Source: an uncultured Chloroflexia bacterium | GTDB lineage: Bacteria > Chloroflexota > Anaerolineae > Anaerolineales > UBA4823 | Length of the DNA stretch: 24,000 bases | Assembly: GCA_963754615.1 (NCBI GenBank) | Contig: CAVWGW010000014.1 | Span: forward strand, 210,589 to 234,588 | Direction: 5' to 3' | Shown here: in pieces, positions 17,877-24,000 of the stretch | Position numbering within the stretch: the stretch's first letter is position 1 | How the letters are laid out: each line of letters begins with the position of its first letter | The notes under the pieces: model-generated | The model's database searches: none | What the model was told of the DNA's origin: nothing | The model's input: only the letters and a program-made list of their open reading frames with translations | Translations under genes and position numbers: made by a program

Positions 17877-18648
17877 CTAATATACTTCCGGCACGAAGGT
17901 CTGGTCGGTAATCGGCGGGCGGACGTAGCCGGCATCTTCCTGGCGCGGGGGCAAGGTGATCTCCTCGGGGGTCAGGTCCTGGTAGGGGATCATCGAGAGC
18001 AGGTGGCAGATCACGTTCAAGCGCGCCCGCTTCTTATCGTCTGAAGACACCACCCACCAGGGAGATTGCTTGATATCGGTGTACTTGAACATCTCATCCT
18101 TCGCTTTGGAGTATTCCACCCACTTGGTGCGCGAGGCCATGTCCATGGGGCTGAGCTTCCAGCGCTTGGTGGGATCTTCGATGCGGTCCTTGGAAGCGGC
18201 GTTCCTGCTCTTTGTCGCTGACCGAGAACCAGTACTTGATCAGGATGATGCCCGAGCGCACCAGCATGCGCTCGAACTCGGGGCAGGAACGCAGGAATTC
18301 GCTGTATTCTTCATCGGTGCAGAAGCCCATGACGCGCTCCACGCCCGCCCGGTTGTACCAGCTCCGGTCGAACAGGACCATCTCTCCGGCGGCGGGCAGG
18401 TGCGCCACGTAGCGCTGGAAGTACCATTGGGTTTTTTCTCGCTCGGTGGGCACTGGCAGGGCTGCCACGCGGGCATAACGTGGGTTCAGGCATTCGGTAA
18501 TGCGCTTGATGCAGCCGCCCTTACCGGCGGCGTCGCGTCCTTCGAAGATGATGACCACCTTCAAACCTTTGGCCTTGACCCACTCCTGCAGCTTGACCAG
18601 CTCGATCTGCAGGCGGGCGAGCTCTTTTTCATATTCCTTGGTGCTCAT
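17877..18648 (-). pseudogene. ppk2: Polyphosphate kinase 2 (single-domain PPK2); one frame break as sequenced
   Basis: N-terminal piece: [23 protein letters not shown]...[13 protein letters not shown] (Walker A) ...[34 protein letters not shown]...[10 protein letters not shown]. The C-terminal frame continues [33 protein letters not shown]...SDDKKRARLN. The break is in ggtccttgg (18185-18193). 772-1 = 771 nt. Confidence 0.9.
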
Positions 18649-18715
18649 TGGCGCCTTTTTGATGGCAGGTTGTCAGAAGACATCGTCTTCCCATGTCTTC
18701 ACCGCTGGGAGTCGC

Positions 18716-18901
18716 TCACCGGCTTTGCAGGCTGGGGCGGCTCTTGGCAGGCGGAGGTGTATTGGCAGGTTGGCTCTTTGCCTGAGGCTGCTCAGCTTTG
18801 GGGGTCTCAACCTGTGGATTTTTGGCTTCCTTTTCCTTGCCCTTCAATGCCTTTTCGGCCTTTTTCGATTTTCCTTTTGGATCGTCTTTCTTTGAGCTCA
18901 T
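18716..18901 (-). CDS. Small Lys-rich, low-complexity protein (61 aa), hypothetical
   Basis: ATG 18901 is preceded by a perfect AGGAGG (18908-18913) at 6-nt spacing. It encodes MSSKKDDPKGKSKKAEKALKGKEKEAKNPQVETPKAEQPQAKSQPANTPPPAKSRPSLQSR. I know of no homology; the longer 107-aa ORF-track version lacks a ribosome-binding site. Confidence 0.5.
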   Translation of the reverse strand: MSSKKDDPKGKSKKAEKALKGKEKEAKNPQVETPKAEQPQAKSQPANTPPPAKSRPSLQSR

Positions 18902-18935
18902 CTTGACCTCCTGGAATGACTGAACCTGAAATTTA

Positions 18936-18967
18936 TCTAAAAACAGGGCCACCCAAATGTGGGAGGC
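18936..18967 (-). terminator. Weak terminator-like hairpin after the metallohydrolase gene
   Basis: On the minus strand, gcctccca/catt/tgggtggc (8-bp stem with one T-T mismatch; 18948-18967) starts 2 nt after the stop and is followed by cctgttttta. Confidence 0.35.
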
Positions 18968-18968
18968 A

Positions 18969-21535
18969 CTAATGGTGATCTTCGGGAGAGGCATGCTCGT
19001 GAAAATGCCCGGCCTGGTGCATGCGGTTGTGCAGCTCACGGTGTGAGGCTTCTAATACCAGCCGCATGCGCTTATAGACCTGGTCTTCAGCGCGCGTGCC
19101 GACCGTATCCAGGTATGCCAGGGCGCCCTCGATCTGCTCCAGGATGGTGACGGCGTCGGCCGCCGCCAGCATGGGGAGAGCCGGCCAGCTTGACCATCAC
19201 GGGCGTGGAATGGGCGGTGATGATCTCAGGGCGGTCGGCGTAGTGGCCGCGCACCAGCAGCGCCAGCCAGGAGGATTGCTTGAGCTTAATCGACCACTGC
19301 CCGCTGGCATCCCAGGGATCAACCGCCTGGCTTTCGCGGATTTCGCCGTTGACCACCAGCTCCACGCGTGACATGGGAACGGTGACGCTGGCAGCCTGCC
19401 AGATGATATCCAGCGTGCCGCCTTTTTTGGTCATCTCGATCTGGCTGCCCATCGGCTTGCCGTCTACGAAGAACTCGAGCAGGGGACCATAGGTGACGAA
19501 GGTCTCCTTGCGGCGGATGGCTGATTTCCAGGTCTCGTAATCGAAACCCAGCGCCGGGTCGATGCGCGCATAGGTGCGCACCGTGCCGACGGCGGTTGCG
19601 GAAGTCATCTTGTCGGTGCCGCCCACCGCCGGCACCAGGTAGCCGCAGTTGAGGTAGCGGTACCAATCGGAGAGCGAGTAGGGGTCGATGCCGTTGTAAA
19701 GGTCTTCCCAGGCGGTCATCTCGATGGCATCGATGTCGCCGCTGACGATGCTGGCGGCATGCTCGGCGCGCGGGTTGGGGAAGTGCGGCAGGACGACAAG
19801 GCCCTCCTGCTGGTGGCACTGGCGCGCCCACTCGGTGAGCAGGCTCTCGATGGGGTCGCCCAGGGCTGACTTATCGGGTCCGCCGGTGGTCATGGGGGCG
19901 ATGAGGCGGCCTTGATAACCGAGCAGCGAGATGTGCCCCAGGACATGCTGGCGGTTCTCGCTGCCCACGCGCACCAGGTACTCGCCGTCTCCGCCGGTCT
20001 GCAGCGAGCCCCAGGTATGGGAGCCGTCGAAGTCGCCCACGTTGGTCATCAGCTCGCCCCACTGCGAGGCCAGCAGGTTGATGATATTCACGCCCTCGGC
20101 AGAACCTTCCAGCAGAGCGGAAATAGGGGAGAGGAAGTGGACGTGCGTGTCAGCGGTCACCCAGCCTTTGGAGCGCCAGGGCAGCACGCGTTCGAGCTCG
20201 AGGGTGATCTCTTCGGTCTCGCCTGTCACCTCGATCACTTTGCGTAGTGGGCGGATCTCAAAACCCTTCGAGATCTCGATGTAAACCTTCCCTTGCGGCA
20301 GCTTGATCGTCGTGTCGCCATTGATATAAGTGCAAGCATGCACCTGTTGAATGTTTGGCCATTCCAGGTGTGCGAAATCGACGCTGTAATCTTCGAACCA
20401 GGCCGGGTTCAGGATGCGGTGCCGATCTACTGGTGCTAAATATTCCCCCCATTCCCCATGTATGTGCAGCTTGACAGGGATAGGCTGGCTGCTGCCCTTC
20501 TCGACCACGCGCAGACGCACTGTTCTGGTCAGCCGGGGCCACGGGCAGGAGGGTTTCATCCGCGGCGCGCTCTTCCACCTGGGCAGCCGGGACGATTCGC
20601 CCATCCCAGAGGTAGAAGTTTGCCTCGGGATGGGAGGTGTATTCCACCAGCACTTCGCTGCTCGAAAGTCCTGGAAACTGGTTATTGTAAGTTTCCTCCC
20701 AGTTCTCGTCGGGATAGAGCAGGCGCGGCGCGGCAGAGATGACCTGCCCCATGTCTAACCGGATCTGCTTGAGCAGGCCGTCTTGATCTAACTCGGGCTT
20801 GAAGATTTCCCAGGGCGGCAGCACCAGGCGGGCTTTGCGCCGCGGCCGCCAGCGCAGGGGGAGCTCCGCGACGTTTCCAGCCGTGAGGGCTGAAAGGATT
20901 ACGAGGCCGGAGCCCGGTTCAAGGGTTAGGCCGATGATCTCTTTTTCGGGGGTGGGGTTCTCCCAGGCATACAGCCAGTTCAGCCAATCGCCGGAATCGG
21001 CGGGGTTGACGCGCGTCTGTAACCATCCCCAACCCTCTCCGGGCTGCTCATGGGGAGGACGGCTGGGCTGAGGCTTGTGGCTGGCGACCGCCTGGAAGCA
21101 GCGTTCGCCCCAACGGTGCTGGAAGGCTCCGATGTGGTGGCGGCGGCGGATGGGCTGAGCCAGCTCCGTGCCGTCCGCATAGCGGATAATGTAGGTGGCA
21201 GCCTGCTCGTTGAGCTGGCCTTCGCCGCGCATGGGCGAGGTAAAGCCGTGTTCGTCGTGTACCAGGGGGCGGATATCCGAAGTGTGCATGAAAACCAGCC
21301 AGCGCGCCTGCGTGGGGGGCAGGTCAACCCGGACGGGTTTGTCTGCCAGGATCACCACTTCATTGACCTGGAAGGGGATGCCCCAGGCGGTGCAGCTCCC
21401 GGTGAGCGCCTCATCCAGCGCCTCGGACATTTCTTTGGATAGGTTGAAATTTTCGACTTTGGGAAATTGGGCATTGCCTTTGAGGTTCAAAGGCGTGAAG
21501 TGCGGAGATTGGGGACCATCGTGACGGGAAGGCAT
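18969..21535 (-). pseudogene. ~855-aa putative metal-dependent hydrolase (HxH motif, PHP/amidohydrolase-like) with an unknown N-terminal domain and a His-rich tail; two frame breaks as sequenced
   Basis: Three ORF-track pieces (21535->20258, 20604->19087, 19172->18969) join sensibly: ...ETLLPVAPADQ|TVRLRVVEKGSSQPIPVKLHIHGEW... and ...VMVKLAGSP|MLAAADAVTILEQIEGALAYL.... Motifs include WVTADTHVHFLSP, VVLPHFPNP and VGGTDKM. AAGGAG (21542-21547) lies 6 nt before the ATG. 2567-2 = 2565 nt. Confidence 0.7.
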
Positions 21536-21981
21536 TGGACACTCCTTGCGTTCATGCCAGATGCCAGGCTTTTCTGCAAAGCCTCGGGTTCTGGCTTTTG
21601 CCTGAAATAGAACAAGTGCGCCGGGCAGCCACAGTCTGAGGAGCCGAAGCCAGGGATGGGTAGTTTACAACCAGGCAAGGACTTGAAAACGGTTGCCCAT
21701 GTATGTTCACAGCGAACAGAATAAGTGTACCAGATTTGCTCGATTTCGGCATAAGGACGCAGGTAATCGATGTGCCAATGCGGTTGATTTGATAGACCCA
21801 GGTGGTGGTTCAACCGGCCGCGCAGCCCACCCGGACCAAAAGCACTGCCAACGTAATAATAGGAGCCTGGCGAGATGAAGTGGAGGCCCAGTGCACCTAT
21901 TTTTCTGGTAACCGGCAGGGTTACCCTGAGCTCCAGGGCATAGGTTCCGGGGGAAGATAAGGGGAGGTTCATTATGATCAT
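21487..21981 (-). CDS. DUF123 protein (GIY-YIG nuclease superfamily)
   Basis: From ATG 21981: MIIMNLPLSSPGTYALELRV...GALGLHFISPGSYYYVGSAFGPGGLRGRLNHHL...HWHIDYLRPY...CEHTWA...GFGSSDCGCPAHLFYF, the pattern I recall for DUF123. ATG and the tupC TGA overlap as ATGA (21978-21981). The upstream 75 codons of the ORF-track version overlap tupC and are discounted. Confidence 0.8.
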   Translation of the reverse strand: MIIMNLPLSSPGTYALELRVTLPVTRKIGALGLHFISPGSYYYVGSAFGPGGLRGRLNHHLGLSNQPHWHIDYLRPYAEIEQIWYTYSVRCEHTWATVFKSLPGCKLPIPGFGSSDCGCPAHLFYFRQKPEPEALQKSLASGMNARSVQCLPVTMVPNLRTSRL

Positions 21982-23064
21982 CTGCCGATCAGGTGCACTG
22001 CGCTGGCTTTGAAGGTGGCTTCCACCAGGCTGCCCTCCGCCAGCCCCATCTCGTGCGCAGAGGTGCGCGTGATCAGGGCGGTGAGTGGAAACCCGCAGTC
22101 CACAACCACCCGTACGAGCGGTCCCTGCTGCAAGAGGCGGCTTACCCGCCCGGTGAGGCGGTTGCGGGCGCTGGAATGAGCTGGTTTTACCTCCTCTTTG
22201 AGCCACAAGGTAATATCTTCAGGGCGCAAGCACAGGTACACAGGACGTCCCGGAGCAGCCTCTCCTATGGCTTCAAATTGCTGTCCTTGTACTTCGATCA
22301 ATACCTGTCCTTCCTGGGAGGAGAGCACCTGCCCGGGGATGATCGTCTCCACACCTACGAAGGCAGCCACATCGCTGTCGGAGGGCGTGGCAAAGACCTC
22401 TTCGGATGTACCCACCTGGCGCAGCCTGCCTTTGAGGAGCACGGCAACCTGGTCGCCCAACATCAAAGCTTCATCCAGGTCATGGGTGATGAAGACTGCG
22501 GTGATGCGGGTCTCTTGGAGCAAACCCTGCAGATCGGAGAGCAGGCGCATGCGGGTGGGCGCATCGAGGGCGCTGAAAGGCTCATCGAGCAGGAGCAGCT
22601 CGGGCTGCAGAACAAAAGCGCGTGCCAGGCTGGCGCGCTGTGCCTCACCGCCGCTGATCTGCCGCGCTGGACGGTTCAATAAATGATCGATCCCCAATCG
22701 TGATGCCCACAAGCTGACACGCGGTTTGATCTCGGCTTTAGGCACGCCGCGGAAGCGCAGCCCTGAGGCCAGGTTGTTGTAAACAGAAGTATCTAAAAGC
22801 AGGGCATCTTGCAAGACCAGGCCAATCCGGCGCCGGTAGGCTAACAGATCTTTCGGATGGATGGCTTGCCCTTGCAGGCGGATCTCACCTGAGGTAGGTG
22901 TGAGCAAGCCGGCCAGCCCCAGGAGAAGCGTGGATTTCCCAGCGCCGTTCGGACCGATGACTGCCAGGGTTTGCCCTTTCTCGACGGCCAAATAACTTAT
23001 GTCCAGCACCTGCATGGCCAGAGCGGTGCATCACCAGGTCGGTGACCTCCAGGAAGGGGCTCAC
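21978..23064 (-). pseudogene. tupC: ABC transporter ATP-binding protein, tungstate/molybdate type with a C-terminal TOBE-like domain; one frame break near the 5' end as sequenced
   Basis: Walker A GPNGAGKST, signature ISGGEAQR, Walker B LLLLDEPFSALD and H-loop ITHD, followed by a ~120-aa C-terminal beta-rich domain. The natural N-terminus VSPFLEVTDLVMHRSG starts at GTG 23064 (GTGA overlap with the tupB stop) in another frame and joins MQVLDISYLAVEKG at ~23013-23019. 1087-1 = 1086 nt. Confidence 0.85.
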
Positions 23065-23759
23065 TGGCGGGTGCTCCGCTGCTGGATCGTAGTCAGCCCC
23101 AGGTTCACCAGGAAGGCCAGCAAGAGCAAGATGATGCTGAGGGCAATGGCGCGTGCAAACTCCCCTTTACCGGTTTCCAGGACGATGGCAGTGGTCAGGA
23201 CGCGCGTTTGGTGGCGGATGTTCCCGCCAACCATCATCGAGGCGCCAACCTCGGAGATCACGCTGCCAAAAGCTGCCATCAGGGCAGCCAGCAAGGGCAG
23301 GCGCGCTTCTTGCCACAATGCCATGATCATCTGCCAGCGTGAGGCGCCCAACCCAAGCAGCTGTAACCGCAGGCGAGGATCGAGCTGCTGCAGCGCTGCA
23401 GCCGTCAACCCCGTAACCACCGGCGCGGCGATGACAGTTTGGGCGATGACGATCGCCGCGGGGGTATAGATCAGGTGTAGGTCACCCAGAGGCCCACTGC
23501 GCCAGAGTAAGATCGAGATAGCCAACCCAACCACTACGGGCGGGAGGGCCATGCCCGTGTTGACAATGCTCAGGGAGAGTCCCCGCCCGCGAAAGCGCCC
23601 CAGCGCCAGCCAGGTGCCCAGCGGCAAACCGATGACCAGGCTGATGGCGGTCGCCAGCCCTGAAACCTTGAGCGATAGGAGGGTGATCTCCCATACATCG
23701 GCATCCACCCCGAAGATGAGCTGAATTGCCTGGCGGATGCCATCCCAAATCATCTCCAT
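23061..23759 (-). CDS. tupB: ABC transporter permease, tungstate (TupB-like)
   Basis: 232-aa ORF with about 5-6 hydrophobic spans. It contains ...LSLKVSGLATAISLVIGLPLG... and NTGMALPPVVVGLAISILLWRSGPLG, which I associate with TupB-type permeases. Its stop overlaps the tupC GTG start. Confidence 0.8.
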   Translation of the reverse strand: MEMIWDGIRQAIQLIFGVDADVWEITLLSLKVSGLATAISLVIGLPLGTWLALGRFRGRGLSLSIVNTGMALPPVVVGLAISILLWRSGPLGDLHLIYTPAAIVIAQTVIAAPVVTGLTAAALQQLDPRLRLQLLGLGASRWQMIMALWQEARLPLLAALMAAFGSVISEVGASMMVGGNIRHQTRVLTTAIVLETGKGEFARAIALSIILLLLAFLVNLGLTTIQQRSTRQ

Positions 23760-23768
23760 CGATTTTTT

Positions 23769-24000
23769 TTACTTTGAACCCAGGTCCGCTTCTGATTTGC
23801 CCGCGTCGGGGGTGAAGAGCGGCTGACCAAATTTCTCAACGCCAAATTTACTGATCATCTCCTGACCCTTTTCTGAGACCAAGAAAGCCGCGAAAGCCTT
23901 GGCGCCTTCGGTATTGAGGTTTGGATATTTCTCTGGGTTGACTGTGATGACATGGTAAACATTGAGCAGCGCAGAGTCGCCTTCCACCAGGATGGCCAGC
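23769..24000 (-). CDS. tupA: Periplasmic substrate-binding protein (TupA-like), C-terminal 76 codons; 5' end beyond the window
   Basis: The open frame runs to the window edge: ...GDSALLNVYHVITVNPEKYPNLNTEGAKAFAAFLVSEKGQEMISKFGVEKFGQPLFTPDAG. This is the C-terminal pattern of PBP_like_2 tungstate binders. Its stop lies 9 nt upstream of the tupB ATG. Confidence 0.7.
   Translation of the reverse strand, partial: LAILVEGDSALLNVYHVITVNPEKYPNLNTEGAKAFAAFLVSEKGQEMISKFGVEKFGQPLFTPDAGKSEADLGSK

Noticed and set aside
18649-18901. The K-rich ORF as a frame-shifted N-terminal extension of PPK2
   Set aside because: The K-rich frame stops at 18716, and the PPK2 frame has an in-frame TGA at 18673-18675. 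No single indel can fuse them. The resemblance of ...LPAVKTWEDDVF to PPK2 N-terminal regions is too short to trust.
18070-18906. 278-aa plus-strand ORF spanning PPK2 and the K-rich ORF
   Set aside because: It lies opposite a clearly conserved PPK2 frame, and its translation is low-complexity.
21982-22206. N-terminal 75 codons of ORF 21487..22206
   Set aside because: They overlap the 3' end of tupC out of frame and read as Pro/Gly/Arg-rich junk. The DUF123 homology begins at the Met at 21981, which forms an ATGA overlap with the tupC stop.
21993-22686. 229-aa and 162-aa plus-strand ORFs
   Set aside because: They are antisense to the tupC ATPase body, which has all the ABC motifs.
6886-23064. 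Programmed ribosomal frameshifting or recoding as the explanation for the split genes
   Set aside because: The breaks hit seven unrelated gene families. They share no slippery heptamer or downstream structure, and some lie at gene starts. Error or decay is far more parsimonious.

Overview
24-kb bacterial chromosomal window, almost entirely coding; 17 of 21 gene-like features lie on the minus strand. Left to right: uvrA (partial, runs off position 1); an emfourin-like lipoprotein; a ~1100-aa lipoprotein made of seven META domains plus two PKD domains; an MFS transporter; an MscS-family channel; a class I SAM methyltransferase; a Cys-type sulfatase with its radical-SAM maturase (anSME); a DUF559 endonuclease-like gene bracketed by hairpin-repeat modules; an SDR epimerase/dehydratase; an orphan PPK2 3' fragment; a TumE/DUF6516-like two-gene module; a Nudix hydrolase; PPK2; a Lys-rich micro-ORF; an ~855-aa HxH metallohydrolase-like protein; a DUF123 GIY-YIG protein; and a tupCBA-like tungstate ABC transporter (tupA partial at 24000). 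I saw no rRNA, tRNA, CRISPR array, transposase or integrase. Three things stand out. (1) Eleven inferred single-base frame breaks split seven otherwise conserved genes, and ten of them are in the same extra-base direction. That looks more like systematic indel error than natural decay, so pseudogene calls here mean 'as sequenced'. (2) The DUF559 gene is flanked on both sides by the same pair of GGGGGAAGG-core hairpins. (3) A TA-like plus Nudix cassette is bracketed by two diverged copies of the PPK2 3' end. All family assignments come from motifs I recognise in my own or the supplied translations. No database search was possible. Gene content is reminiscent of Chloroflexota (Anaerolineae-like), but that is only a guess.
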